A stretch of 64,000 nt of DNA from Rhizophagus irregularis (Eukaryota): the NCBI RefSeq assembly GCF_026210795.1, contig NC_089435.1, positions 62,001-126,000 on the forward strand, read 5' to 3'. A program made the position numbers and the translations under genes. How positions within the stretch are numbered: position 1 is the stretch's first letter; each line of letters opens with the position of its first letter. Positions 14,045 through 28,511 of this stretch are shown here, piece after piece. Below the pieces are notes generated by a model that made no database searches, was not told where the DNA came from, and worked only from the letters and a program-made list of their open reading frames with translations.

Positions 14045-17000
14045 TAGAACTCCGAATCTAACCCGATAGGTCAGGTGACCCATCAGGTTGATCCATAATT
14101 TTCAGGTTGGGTCAGTACATTAGTAAGATATCATCAGGTCGGGTTAATGATTTGAATAACCCAAGTCAAATTTGGGTCACTATATAAATTTTATTTATAG
14201 AAATCTGATATATACTTCTCAGCGTAATTGATTCATTAATTACGGTATTATATCCTGTCATATTAATTACAGTGACACAATTGAAATTATGGCTGATCAT
14301 ATGATTTTTAAAAAACTGAATATGGAGATCGATAAATTTTATCAATCTCATTTTATTTTTCTTCGGTAAAAATAATTTTATTTTTTTAAATTTAAAAAAA
14401 AATATTTTTTTATCGGTTATTTAAACCGAAATTATTTAAATTTTATTTATTTTCTTTTTTTAAAATAAACTTTTTTTCGGTTATTTAAACCGAAATTATT
14501 TAATTTTGAAATAATTTTTAAATTTATTTTTTTTTCGGTAAAAATATTTTACCTTTTTAATTTTTTTATGAAAAGCGTTTACTAACATTCTTTAATAACT
14601 TTTTTTTTTTAGATTTCGGACTGCAACTCAGTAGGTATGGCTTTAAAGGCGGGATATATTTCTTTTTTATATATAAGAACGTTTATTAACGTTCTTTAAC
14701 TTTTTTTTATAAGTTTTGGACTAGAACTTGGAATTAAAGACGAGATATTAGGTAAGGTTTTAAAGAGAGTGGGAGGGGTGGGAGCGGGATTATTGTTTTT
14801 AATATATAAAAACGTTTCAGTTACTAATGTTCTTTAACTTTTTCTTGTAGATTTTGGACTGCAATTTGTGGGTGTAATAAAGGGAGAGGAAGCAGGATAT
14901 TGTTCTTTTTATATATAAGAACGTTTACTAACGTTCTTTATCTTTTCATTTGTAAATTTTGGATAGAGCTTGTGAAACTGGAAATTTGAATAAATATAGA
15001 TCTTCAACATTAAATATTTGAATATATTGTAATATAATACATTAATTAAAGTTGTAAAATTTAACTTAAATTTTAAATAAAGAATCAATAATAAAGTGTG
15101 TATTAGTAAATTGCGTCAGATACGTTAGTATAAATAATTACGCCAGTATAAATCAATTACGTTAATAAAATTCAATTAGTATAATCTGATAAATCATTTC
15201 AGTTAGCCAATTGAAAAGTTTTCTTAAAAAATAAAATTTCAGGTCCATTAGAAAATATAAAAAAAAAAATTGGCTTTACTGCCTTTACATCTTTTGATAA
15301 TTTATATTAAAATTAAAAATTGTTTTTCGTTATTTAATTATTATTTAAATTATAAAAAAAAGGAGTTTTTACCGTGATCTGCTATATTTTACCAAATATA
15401 TATAATAAGATGGATTATCAGATCCAAAATCTCTTTTCTATTTTAATACCATATGAAAATAAAATGTTTCAAAAAAACAATAATGAAGAATTTGAATTTA
15501 ATCATCGTTCAAAATGAACTCATTATATTAATATTACGGATGAAAAGGAAGAGCCTGAAGAAATACTTGATAATAAGAAAATCGGATTAGAAAACCATCA
15601 AAAAGGAGGGTCTCAGCTTGAAAATAAAGATGATACTTCAAGTGCCTTAAGTACATTAGACGAAAAGGATGAAAAAGGAAGCGTAGTATGGAAACATTTT
15701 GACAGATTTGTAGATAATAAAGGTACTTCATGGGCAAAATGTCGATATTGTAGGTAAGAAATGAATAAAGTTTTTAAAATATGAGATATACAAAATAAAG
15801 TCAAAATCACTGAAAAAAATATTTTTAAATTTGATAATTTGATAGAAATGGTAAATATAATATGGACAGTGGTTCAACAGGAAACTTACTCTGTCATCTT
15901 AATAAATTACATCCAAATAAAGTTAATCCTTCTATTGCGTAATAAGCAGAAATTATAAAGAATTTTTTACAGTCTGCCAATAATGTAAAAATTGTGAGTA
16001 TAAATTTTTTATAATTTTTTTAAGAATTATGTTAGAAAAAAAATTTTTCAATTTTACTAAAAACAAGATATTAATTTAATAAATTATAAATTTATTTATA
16101 GAAATTTTCTAATGAACTTTTTCGTGCAAAGCTTGTTGAATGGATTGCTACAGATGATCAGCCATTTACAGTTGTTAAATTACCTGAATTTCGCTATGTA
16201 ATACAAATTTGTAATGCAGAAGCACAAATTTCAATGGCGGATACTATCAAAAGTAATATCTTAAAACTGTATAAAAGTTACCATATTAATATACAAAATA
16301 TATTACAGGTTAGTAAATAATTTATGTTTAAAGTTAAAATTAATATTTTTAATAAAATTAACCTATTTTTAATTAAAGAATACTCCAGGAAAGATAAGCT
16401 TTGCTTTGGACATATGGACTTCACCAAATGTCATTGGATTTCTCGGCATAACAGGTCATTATATTGACGCTGATTGGAATATTAAAGATATTCTTGTCGA
16501 TTTTGTAAATCTTTCAGGTTCTCATTTGGGTGAAAATATGGCAAATATGTTCGTAACATGCCTTAAGGAAAAAAAAATATTAACTAAGGTTTGTACTTTG
16601 TAAACAAATTAATTATATATTAATAAAAGTCAGTAAACATAATAAATCTATTTATCATTAGATTCTTGCAATTGCAGCAGATAATAATGTGGCCAATAAT
16701 AATACTTTTTTAAAATCACTTGAACAAACTTGTGTTGAAAATCATATTGCTTTTCACCATAAAGAAAATCATGTTAGGTGTATTGCGCATATCATGAACC
16801 TTACAGTTCAGGAGATATTAAAACATATTAGAGTTGGAGAAGCACAAGATGAGAATATAATTTTAGAAGAACTTTTAGAAAAAAATAACAAAACAAATGA
16901 CATAATCCCTAAGGTAAATTAAATTATGATTAAAAATAATTTATATAAAAAATCTAACTAATATAAAATAATTATTGTTGAGAAAACTTATAGTTAAAAT

Positions 17001-17883
17001 TCGGGCTTCACCACAGCGTCAAGACAGATTTTCACGCCAATGTGATCTTTATCCAACTGTTAGAGATTTAAATCTTATATTGGACGTTAAGACTCGCTGG
17101 AATTCTACGTATTTAATGATAGAATGTGCTCTTCAACTTCAAAAAATAAGTAAAATTTTTAATCATTAATAAATACTAATAAAATAGTAATAAATTATTA
17201 AATTTTATTTAATTTTATAGCCTCTTGACGAAACAATTAGAATTGAACCCGAATTGGAAGGATTTTCAATTTCCTTAAATGAATGGCAAACATTAAAAGA
17301 ATTATGTTGTGTATTTGCGATAATGGTTTTTTATTAAATTTTATTGCAATTGGTTCTTTTTATTTATTTTTAATTTAAAATTTAGGTTTTTTATAAAGCA
17401 ACTGAAGAAATGTCAAAGTCAAAATTTATTACACTTTCATCTTCCATTCCAATATATAATATTTTACTTAATCATTTAGAAAATCTTCTTGATAAAAATA
17501 ATGAAGACCATTATTGCTCAATTTCGGAATTAAGATCTGCTATAAAAAAAGGATAATATGAAAAACTTCAAATATACTATTCTAAGACAGATAGATGAAT
17601 CAATTGTATACCCAATTGCAACAAGTAAAAATTAATTTTTAAATCTTATATTTATATTTTTGATGATAATTCAAATTATTACTTATTTATATGCATAATA
17701 TATTATAATTTTTAACTTACAGATCGGCCGTAGTGTACCTGACCTGATCTGAAATACTAACCCATGGGTTGGGTCAAGTTAAAACTTTTTATAATCAGGT
17801 TAACATTCAACTCGACCCAAAAAAAATGAAATGGATCAGGTCAGGTCAATTACCTGACCCAACCTGACCCATTCGGAGCTCTA
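14045..17883 (+). mobile_element. hAT DNA transposon, internally deleted
   Basis: Termini TAGAACTCCGAAT / ATTCGGAGCTCTA (12 of 13 match). GGTCAGG/CCTGACCC subterminal motifs at both ends and an internal hAT transposase. The 8-bp flanks do not match. Confidence 0.8.
15540..17625 (+). pseudogene. hAT transposase with BED zinc finger, lacking the C-terminal dimerisation exon
   Basis: SVVWKHFD...AKCRYC...GSTGNLLCHLNKLH, then WIATDDQPF, LDIWTSPN, RCIAHIMNL and LDVKTRWNST. Several GT-AG introns, stops and frameshifts. The start coordinate is approximate. Confidence 0.88.
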
Positions 17884-18053
17884 GTTTCGAAAAAGAATTC
17901 GAAACTATTTAAAAAAAAACATTTATTAACATTTTTTTTTATTATTTTATTGTAAGGAAACGGTTCTGACTTGGATACAAAATCCCATTGGTTAGTTTCA
18001 AAAAAAAATTAAAAAAACGTTATATTAATGTTTTTTTTATTTTCTTTTGTAAG

Positions 18054-18297
18054 TAAGGTTGCTTGTCTAAACCTCTTCAAAATCCTACGATTAGTTTCGT
18101 CAAAATTTTACTATAGATTTATTATAGTTTTGGCAGAGTTTTGGCAGTTTCAGCATTTATAATAAGTTTCGGCAGTTTCGCCTTTCTCCAAAGTTTCACC
18201 AGTTTTTTAATATAACTTTAATATAGTTTCAGCAAAATTTCGCTTTTCGGCGAAACGCCATCTTGCCTAAACCCCTAGGTTTCGGCAAGTAACCTTA
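18054..18297. mobile_element. hAT-type MITE, copy 1
   Basis: TIR TAAGGTTGCTTG / CAAGTAACCTTA, with a perfect 8-bp TSD TTTGTAAG. Confidence 0.92.
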
Positions 18298-20690
18298 TTT
18301 GTAAGGAATCAGTTCTACCGTTTCTCTAAGTAATGTTTTGATAGATTTTTGAAACTTACTTAAAAAAAAACGTTTTTAGCTAAAAAACGATTTTTTTATA
18401 TTTTTTTTATAGAAAATCAGTTCCGGTATGGATAACGATATTCCAGGTAAAATTTTGAAAAATTTTCGAAACTTTATTTTTTTTATTAAAAGAAATGGTT
18501 GACCAACCATTTCTTTACTTTTTTTGTAGGTTTTCCCTTCAGATTTTATCAGATCGGGTAAATTTCTTTCAAACCCAATTTTTTTATTTAAAAAATGAGT
18601 TATTGGCCATTTCCTCCTTTTTTTGGTAGTTTTCTTTGGACTTTTATCAGGTTAGGTGAGGATTATGGGTGGATGATAGATGGTGGATGGTAAATGGTGT
18701 ATATAAATGATAGATAGATAATGATTTAATATGCAATTTTTAATAAAACGAATTAATAAAATTTAATCAATAAATTGTTATTATAAAAATTAAAATCAGC
18801 TAAATGTACAAAAATCGGTAATAATTATTAGGTTTATTAACAATTGTCAATTTGATTTTACCGATTTGTTGCTAATTTTACTGATCGATTTGTTGACGAC
18901 AAGTGGCAGGCGTTACAGTGCAAATCGTTTATAAAATTAATTGCCGATTTTTTTGGTACTGATTGGCTAAGGTCAATTTCGTCCAACATTTGGCAATTTA
19001 AAATTTTGCCGAAATGGACTATTCTGACCAGTAAGATACTGGCTTCCTTTCTTTGGATTTGGATGGATAATAATTAAAACTTACATATTTTTTTTCTTTT
19101 TTAAATTTTTCTCTTCTTTTTGTAGGTATTATACTTTTAGCTTTAGGTCTTGGAATTGGTAAGTTTTAAGGTATCAGTTCAGACATTGGCGACTTTTCAG
19201 TAGGATTTTTTGATTGAAATAAATTGGTAAGTTTTGAAGCAATTTATTTCAAACTTTTTTTTAAGTTTTTTTTAATTTTATTTTTTTTTTGTCTATTTTG
19301 TAGGTATCATTGTAAGTATCATCGGTTTTTAGGTTGACTTTATTTTTCAGATAGCATTCGGATAGTAAATACTATAGTAATAAATTAGTAATAGATGTAA
19401 ATTAAATTACATTTAAAAGAATAAAATATAAATTCAGAATTTAAATAATTAAAAATTGGCTAAAATTAGAACAAAATTCCTTCAACATTCAGCAATTCGA
19501 AATTTGGACGAAATGCATTATTATTTACATTCAAACTTGAGCAAAAGTTATTTTGAATGCTAACCAAACTTTGGTCAAAATTCTAAGCTGAACTTTAGGC
19601 AAGTGGCAGCGAACTGTAGCTAAAAAATCAGCTAAAGTTCATCTAGCTTTAGAATAAAATTTAGCCTAAAATCAGCTGGCCAAATTTTGGCCGATTTGGA
19701 TTATTTTGTCCAGTGAATTGGATGTAATTATAGTCGTGATATAAAAAGGGAAAAAGAAAAAAGGAATAAAAAATATAAAAATTAAGTATAAAAGTGGAAA
19801 ATGAACATGGAAATATCAAGTAAAGAATGTGGAAATGAGAAATGAATTAATGGAAATAAAATGTAATTTGGTTACCATATTGCCTTATCATATAAATTAA
19901 AATACATAACTTGAAATACCCTGTTTTGTACCAGTATTGATGATATTGTATAGTAATGTGATGCATATAAAAGATGACTATTCAAGTTACAAGAGAAATA
20001 AAACCAAGCATTATTTTTGGATATAGTCACAATTTGTGACAACAGATTATTGTTCAGTCTAGAGGATTCCGTGACAACGCAAAAGAAAAAATCAGTTTCA
20101 TATAGGAATGTTATGGATGACTGATAATAAGAGTATTATTATTACAGCTATTTTCTAAATTATTAAAAATTTTTCAGACACAGTCAGACACAGTAATTCG
20201 GGCTGACTTATAGTGCCGGCCGGAATTATGAGTCATGGTTACACAAATTCCAAAAAAAGAAAATTTTGAATTTGCAAAAATCACAAAAAATATTTTTTTG
20301 TGAAATGGATATCGCACAAAAGGAAATAATATCAAACCTTAAGCACGTAGGCTTTCAACCCTAAGTGGTTTGACCAATCAAAAGTTTTTCCGCTTCTGTC
20401 ACGTGCTCTAACCCTAAGTTTAGCCAATCAAAAGTTTATCTGCGTGATCACGTAATCAAGCAAAGGGATAAAAATTTAGCCGAGGGCGCAGTATTTGCTA
20501 ACCCTAACCGATCCGAAAAAATTGTGGCGCAGTATGGGGTTGTATTACGTAAAAGGCCAGTCACGTAACTTTTTGCACGTGGCTGGCTGTTTTACGTTAG
20601 GTTACTCAAATCACGTGACAATTGTCAAATAATCTCTCCCCACCTGGGGTGAGACAATCAGTTGAAGTTAACGCAAACGATCTGCATGGC

Positions 20691-20933
20691 TAAGGTTGCT
20701 TGTCTAAACCTCTTCAAAATCCTACGATTAGTTTCGTCAAAATTTTACTATAGATTTATTATAGTTTCGGCAGAGTTTCGGCAGTTTCGGCATTTATAAT
20801 AAGTTTCGGCAGTTTCACCTTTCTCCAAAGTTTCGCCAGTTTTTTAATATAACTTTAATATAGTTTCGGCAGAATTTCGCTTTTCGGCGAAACGCCATCT
20901 TGCCTAAACCCTAGGTTTCGGCAAGCAACCTTA
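20691..20933. mobile_element. hAT-type MITE, copy 2
   Basis: Near-identical to copy 1. TSD TGCATGGC/TGCATGGT. Confidence 0.92.
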
Positions 20934-22158
20934 TGCATGGTGCAGTTTAGACGCAGCTAAAACTGCAGCTTTGCCGCAGTTTCACGTAATTTCGGATAAA
21001 TATTACACCGGTTTCAGATAAATATTTAGCCGTTATAAATTTGGATTTGCTGAGACTCCAGTTGATCCAACCATTTTCACTTTTTTGTATTAATTAATTA
21101 AAATTAAGTGAAACCGCGTGTCATGCTACAAGCGACGCCAAGTTTCATTCTACAATAAAGTTTAAGGGGTTTAAGTTTCAAAGTATTTTTAATACTTCCA
21201 AGTTAAGTTAATAGTTTCCACATGGAACTTTCTGACGTAATATTCAGCGTTTACTCCTTTGATAGGTTTAGGCTCGGCTTTGCGTTTCATAATGTTTCGG
21301 AAGTTTAATTAACTTTTGCATGTGTATTTCTTCATACAATGAATGGCATGCCACCTTTAGAAATCATACGATTTTTGGTGCTTGGCAATAAAGTCCACAT
21401 GTATGGACTTTGGGTTTTATTTGGAAAAGATTCAAAATTATAAGTTTCATTGATTTGTCGCAAGTATAAATAGGAGGAACGCGAACATAGACATCCAGTA
21501 GTTCACAGAAGTTGGCTGAATGACGTCGCTTGTTCAAATTCTGTTTTTTCTTTGCATTTTTTTATTCAAAAAATTTTGCAAATTGCCTAATCTAACATTG
21601 ACCCTAACCCTAATCCTAACATGAATTCAAAACAACATATTTCATAGCAAAAATACCTGCAGCTGCTAATAAGTTTGATGATTCATCAGTAACACCAGTA
21701 CTGTCAGTAACATCAGTATAAGCTCATTCATTTACATTCATATTAGAAGTGGTGTTATTGTAATTAAGGTAGTAAATTATGAGTAAAAATATCAGTGTTT
21801 TTATAAGGAATAGTTAGATAAAAAGAGTAAAAATGAATGAAATAACTTTATAAATACTTGTGTCAGTTAAAATGCTAAAGGAGGGAAAAAAAGTTTCGTA
21901 AGAAGGATAAAAAAGTTTCGTGGAAAGTATAAAAAAAGTTTAAGGATAAAAAGAAAGCGTAAGAAGAGATTTAATAATTATTACTTCATATCACGTGACA
22001 TATCACATGACAAATGGATACTAGCGATGAATCGCATACGCGATAAATGATAATTTTCTTTTTTTAATATTTACATATTAAAATTTAAAATAATTTTAAT
22101 CGAGGCCAAGCCTATACAATTTTAATATAACCCGAATACTAAATTTTAATATATAATT

Positions 22159-22491
22159 CTACGTTTTTTCATTTGAATTATCATCAAAACGTGAGATAAT
22201 CGGATTTACAGTAGCTTCTAATATAGAAATGAAAGATTGTGTCCTCTCGGCATCGCCTGTTTCTTTAACATGCCAATACCTGTCACACATTCTTTCAGTT
22301 AATTCACCCACAGCAATTCTTCGATCTTCAGCTCTTTTCTGTTGCTCTGTTTGAACATATTCTATAAACGACTCTTGACTTTCATACACTTCAAATCCGC
22401 TTTCTTCAAAAATTTCACGAAATATTTGCCATACGTCAGAAGTCAACAATTTATTGCCATACATGTGTTCGTGAAAAATGTGTTTACACGG
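22159..22491 (-). pseudogene. C-terminal fragment of a MULE/SWIM-type transposase
   Basis: PCKHIFHEH matches the end of a SWIM finger. The upstream part is replaced by a CACAG-ended element. Confidence 0.55.
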
Positions 22492-23625
22492 CACAGGTAA
22501 AACGCTGACCAATTGGGTATCTACCCGATTGGTAACTTTTTTTTGATCAGTCACCTGATTTATTCAATAGTTAGAAATTGGTGTACACTTCGATCAGATA
22601 TCAATCAGATTAATACCCGATTGATAACTATCTTTTAGTTTAAATTTACCGATTGATAACTATCGTTTAGTTTAATTTACCGATTGCTCTCTTTAAAACA
22701 AATAGTGACCGATTGTTAGTAATATATAAATTTAAAACAAATTGTAATCCGATTGTTAGTAAATTATAAATTTATTTATCAGATAACTTATTTTAAACGT
22801 AAATGAACTCTGTTTTATTACAAATGAAATTGTCTATTAATTGGTATGACTGCCATATAAGTAGTTGGATTTCGTGTGCCAACTGTAAATTTGCTAGGTA
22901 AGAATCGACTGTATATGTTATGAATCGGCATGATGGCATCTCTAGATAATTCGTGGAAATCATATTTTCACAATTCAACGTTGCAACTTTTATCATTCCA
23001 ATTGCCGATTCTGCAATGAAACCTTATTTTCTCATTTGGTGCCCATAAATACCAGTTGACAAAAGCGAGCCGATGCGTCTTAGGACCGATTGACAGCTGA
23101 ACTGTATGCTTGAAATAATACTGAACATGACCAGGGTAAATATCTATAGACTCATCGTCCTGTATAAATTTGGCTAGAATATATGAACTTCTTTGATATC
23201 GGGGTGCACTTTTTGACCCAAAAATTTCGGCAGCAATCTGAATATGACCAAACTGGATTATGATTGGCAATACAACGATTGATTGATTGGAATCTCCTGA
23301 CGATAAATCACTTGAAGCTAAATCAGCAATTGATGTAAAATTCCAATCGTATATATCATTATAATATTTCACCAATAGTTCATATGTGGCATTTGGTAAC
23401 GATACTCGATTTCTTGGAGTAAGCATCTCTCCCGGAAATTCTTCGCTACCAGTAGTAATCGTGTTATCGATATTTTGATGAAAATTTTGCATAAAATGGT
23501 AAAGTTCATTAAAATCAAACCCATCATAAGCTGCCAAACTTCCAGTTGTTAATCGAGATTGAACTAAAGGTAATGCATTCATCAATTTTGCATTATCCGA
23601 TTGGGCGGATATTAAGCCCTATAAA
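22492..23625 (-). mobile_element. CACTA remnant: terminus plus last transposase exon
   Basis: CACAG at 22492 and ACCCGATTG subterminal repeats. ORFs 22793-23585 are homologous to 6273-7169 (TGSEEFPGEML, EIFGS, ILAKF, YPGHVQYYF). Confidence 0.75.
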
Positions 23626-24171
23626 AAATATGCACACTGTTTATATACTGTATATTCGCATCTTTGATACTGTTCGCAATTTTATATACTGCACATCAGT
23701 ATTATGTATACTGTTCGCAAAATGCCAATAATAAAAAATGTAACAAAGTATACGGTGAATAGACTGTATGATACGGTATTTTAATTTCATACATTTGTAA
23801 CGTATATTGTATAAATATCTTTCTACTGTATATCGGTATTTTGTATACTATTCGCAAAATATGGATACGGTATATTAAATTCATACGTCTATAACGTATC
23901 ATTCATTTCTGCTATAGATACGGTATATTAAATCATACGTTTATAACGTATTTTACTGTGAATAATAGATACGGTATATTAAAATCCTTATATTCTACTA
24001 CTTGATCTACCATTGCACGAACTTTTCTTGCTATTGTTCGAAGTAGTCATCAGCAAATTTAATCGGGCATAATATTACGTAAGTTACGATGTCCGTAAAT
24101 TTACGGAGTAAACATACGTAAGTTTACGGGTATCGTAAACTTCTGGAATATTATAGCATATACTTTTGCAA

Positions 24172-24420
24172 ATTTTACGTACCGTAATCGTTGCGGAATA
24201 TTACGCTCAAAATCCTTCGAAAATTTACGTACCGTAATCGTTACGAAATATTACGCTCGAAATCCTTCGAAAATTTACGTACCGTAATCGTTGCGAAATA
24301 TTACGCTCGAAATCCTTCGAAAATTTACGTACCGGAATCATTACAAAATATTACGCTCGAAATCCTTCGAAAATTTACGTACCGTAATCGTTGCGAAATA
24401 TTACGCTCGAAATCCTTCGC
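24172..24420. repeat. 50-bp tandem repeat, about 5 copies
   Basis: TACGTACCGTAATCGTTGCGAAATATTACGCTCGAAATCCTTCGAAAATT. Confidence 0.92.
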
Positions 24421-25374
24421 ACCTAGAGTTTCAAACCGGATTTATTTTTAAATCCGGATTAGATATGAATAAACCGGATGCCTTCGGATTTTTCAAAAAG
24501 GTTGGGACACTTAGCAAAATTTAAAGAACTCGGAAATATTCGGTAAAGTTAAAATTATACGCTAATTCTGCGGCTTATATGAAAAGTGTTATGCTCAGTT
24601 ATACATGCGCCATATTGTGCGCATAAATCGGGTATAGTTTATGATAATCTTAATCTTTGAATCTTACCTGTCTTTACTAATAAAAAAATTTTTTTTTCAG
24701 CGAGACTTTTCCCAATTTAACATCTAAAAAGCTTTCTGCAAGATATAAAGAACGTTTTTGTTAATGCTCCTACACGAAGACGTACACAGTTCACTTAAAA
24801 GAACATGGAATTGCATCACCACGTAAAATTCCGTTACCTAATGCAACACGGTGGAATTCTTAGTTTCGACTGATTTTTATGCTAAAGATTATATGAAGCT
24901 GAATTGCGAGTTAATACCAGAAATGAAAAAAATAGCGAAAATTCATGCTATTTTACAAGATAATCAACAAAGGGGTAATTACCATCAGGGTAGTAATTAC
25001 TACCATTTTTCATTTTATTTCACCTTTTTCAAAAGAATTTGTTCATACTCTCGATTTTTTTCAACAAAAAAATTCGCCTATTTTCCCCTTTATTGACCAC
25101 GACTTCAGCATCTTGATTCTTACTTACAGCTAGTTTTTTGTTAATTTAGTTTTTTTTTCATATTTTTTGCTTTATTAAGCTAATTAACCAACAAAATATC
25201 ACCAATAAACAAAATCAAAATACTAGTTTATTACAAACATATTTTATAAATTTTATCACAACAAAAAATCATCGTCCCTGGTACGTATATGTGATATCTG
25301 CTTCGAATTTTACTGAATAACTACATATGTATACTTTTTTAGTATTCGCATCAGGATTTAATCAGATTTATCAA

Positions 25375-26400
25375 AAAATTTGCCGACGGGCTTTAATTTA
25401 TTGGTTTTTATATTTTATGTTTATTTTACTGAAAATTTTTGGATACTTTTAAAATATATCGTGTTTTTCTGCGGTTTCGATCTTTGTTCCACGTACCATT
25501 TTAGACCCTGATCGATATTTGTTTCACGTACTATTTTAGACCCTGATCGATATTTGTTTTACGTACTATTTTAGACTCTAATCCACATATATTGATATTG
25601 GTTCCACGTAGGTACATTTATAATAACCCGAGTATGATTAATACTTTTTCTTAGATTTTTTTTATATCCACATATGTAGACCCAAATCCACGTGTTCTTC
25701 TCCACATACATCGATATTGGTTCCACATAGGTACATTTATAATAACCCGAGTATGATTAATACTTTTTCTTAGATTTTTTTTATATCCACATATGTAGAC
25801 CCAAATCCACGTGTCCTTCTCCACATACATCGATTTGATTCCACGTAGGTACAAAAAATTTGCTGACGGGCTTTAATTTATTGGTTTTTATATATTATGT
25901 TTATTTTACTGAAAATTTTTGGATACTTTTTAAATATATCTTATTTTTCTGGGGTTTCGATCTTTGTTCCACGTACTATTTTAGACCCTGATCCACATAC
26001 ATTGATATTGGTTCCACGTAGGCACATTTAATAACTTCTGGGTATGATTTATACTTCTTCTTAGATTTTTTTATATCCACATATATATTTAATAATTCGT
26101 AACCATTAGTATTGATTGAGCTCAGGGGATTTGTTTTTATTTTTTATATTGGCATTAACAGGTCGCAGGAAAAATGAAAATTTTCGTATATTTTCAAAAT
26201 TTATCGTTTTTTCCGACTTTTACAGTACTATTTTAGTCCCTGATCCACGTATGTACATTCATATTAATTCATAACCATTAAATATTATTAAGCTTTTCCA
26301 CATACATCGATATTGGTTCCACGTGGATACATTTATAGCAACTTCTAAGTTTTTCCTAATTTAGATTTTTTTATATCCACGTATGTACATTTAATATTCA
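25375..26400. repeat. Complex nested direct repeats (~480-bp and ~120-bp periods)
   Basis: 25375-25510 recurs at 25855-25995. GATATTGGTTCCACGTAGGTACATTTATAATAAC units recur. Confidence 0.75.
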
Positions 26401-26500
26401 TAAATACCGTAAAATAAAGACTTGCTCAATATTTTTTTTCGTGAGGATTCTTACCTTATCATAAATTTTATAATTCTTTATTATCATCAACATTACAAAC

Positions 26501-27689
26501 ATGTCCGGAGATAGATCAGAATTTCGAAATAAAATTCAAAAACTTCTATCGGCGGGTGAAGAAACATCAAACAAACGCCGAGGTATTGAAAGTAGTATGA
26601 GTAGCACGAGTAGCATGAGCGAAAATAGCTATGAAGTTTTTAATGGTATGCAAATATTTGAATATTATCGTTTTTTAAAATTATGATAATTTATATTTTA
26701 TAACAAAAATTTATTTTATTAGAACAACTCATAAAACTCAACAAAAAGGTTGATAATATGATAGAACAAAATAAACAGTTCAACACTAAATTAATCGAGG
26801 AGAACGTAAAAACCAATAAACATTTGGAATTTTTATGCAATAGAATGAAGCATATTGAGGAGATGGTCGAATCTGATAATTCCGGTGATAATAACTTCAT
26901 AAAGGTTAGTCTAGCTTTTTTAAATTTTAAAGTCATATACATATTATAACTCAAATTATATTTCTTTAGACCATAATAAAAGATGTTGCTAAAGCAACAT
27001 TTAATATAAGTATATACCCTACCAAAGAAGAATTATGAGAAGCAACTGAGGAATTTCTCAAAATTCGACATCAAGACTTTTACAACAAATTCACTACTAA
27101 AACGCAGTGGATTTCATATTTTAACAACAAAATTTGTCCAGAAGTAAATTTTTTATATTTAATATTTACGTTTTAGAAAACTAATAAATAATAATAATCT
27201 TTTTTTTTAATAAAAGCTTCTATCAAAACAAAGATCCCTACGAAGTTGCTTGACAACTAAAGCTAGAGATGCTTTATTCAGCTATTTTGGAGAAGTAATT
27301 TTGCCACCCATCAATACTAACACTTCATCAGCAGGGATAATTGAATGGAAAAATCATCCTGCAGTGGCTGAATGTTACAATAAACTTTTTAATCAAAATG
27401 GAAGTTTGGGCGTGCTTACGCGAATACTTGAAAGAGTATTCGCTGGAGAATATCCATCTTCTTTGCATCTCGCCTTCGTAACAGCCACGTTCGCAGTATT
27501 ATTGGACCCAAAGTCTAAAACAATACAAACAAATGAAAATACAATGAAAAATAAAATAGAATATTATATGGTAAATTTCATAATTTTGAACTTAAATTGT
27601 AATAATGGTATCTATTTATTAACTAATTTATTTAAATTATTAACGGTCAGAATTTATTAGATGATGATAGAACAAACGGCAAAAACTAA
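26501..27689 (+). pseudogene. Multi-exon hypothetical gene, probably a TE accessory gene
   Basis: ATG at 26501. ORF pieces 26501-26645, 26723-26903, 26970-27143 and 27217-27570 have GT-AG borders. In-frame TGA at ~27036. Confidence 0.55.
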
Positions 27690-28367
27690 AAAATATATTA
27701 ATTCCGTAAGTAAAAAAATTCTTCTTTTTCGATAATATTATATCCTTTTTCCTTTAAAGGTTCTGACTAATTAATATAATTCTTTTCTATATTACTAAAT
27801 TTAACAAGTGTGCATGTTTTTCAATTTTGAATGGGGGAGGTGCTGATGGAAATATGTTTTTTTTAAAGTAAAGGGCTTAGCAAGAATTTTATATATAAAA
27901 ATTTGCAAATTTTTTGTAACAAACCAAATAAAATTTTCAATTCAATAATAAATTTAAGGCAAATTTGACTTTTTACTTCATGTGCCGATCTCTGGAAATA
28001 ATCGAAATATGATCGGCTTTTATCGGCCGATCATTTATCCAATTCTAGTAAAATTTTATTCAATTTGGCTGATCCGGGATCAAAGATTTTTAAAGAAAAC
28101 TTCAATAAAATAAAAACAATAAAATAAAAACGTATTTTGTGGTGAAAAAACATATTTTTTATTAATTACGTGCAAAAAAAAAGATCAAAGTAACAAATTT
28201 TTGTGGATCGGCTGATCTTAATGAGATTCACGGCCGTATGATAAATAATTTTATATGTAAATATGGCCATTTTTACTGAAGGAAATAAAAATTTGCGTAT
28301 AAATACGGTCATTTTTACCAAAGGCAATAGCAAGTAAATAATTCAAATCCTATACAAATACCTTAAA

Positions 28368-28511
28368 ATGATACCCCAGGAATGCCCATATTGCTCAAGA
28401 ACATTTTCCTCCAAATCTGGATATACTCAACATGTTAAACATTGTGTTCCTCCTGTAATTGTTAGTGATAGTGAATCGGATCTCGTAACTGATATTAATA
28501 TGTTTATTTAA
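28368..28511 (+). pseudogene. Truncated zinc-finger N-terminus, resembling the start of a Plavaka/CACTA-like transposase
   Basis: MIPQECPYCSRTFSSKSGYTQHVKHC...SDSESD, cut off abruptly by the palindromic array. Confidence 0.5.

Noticed and set aside
10771..19715. CACTG...CAGTG pair as one large CACTA element
   Set aside because: Similarity stops after ~7 bp and there is no supporting TSD; these are likely orphan ends.
21600..21622. Telomeric (CCCTAA)n
   Set aside because: Only 2-3 degenerate units, and internal.
24191..24524. ORFs in tandem repeats (also 7444-7672, 36907-37200, 1605-1842)
   Set aside because: They are translations of repeat arrays with no independent coding evidence.
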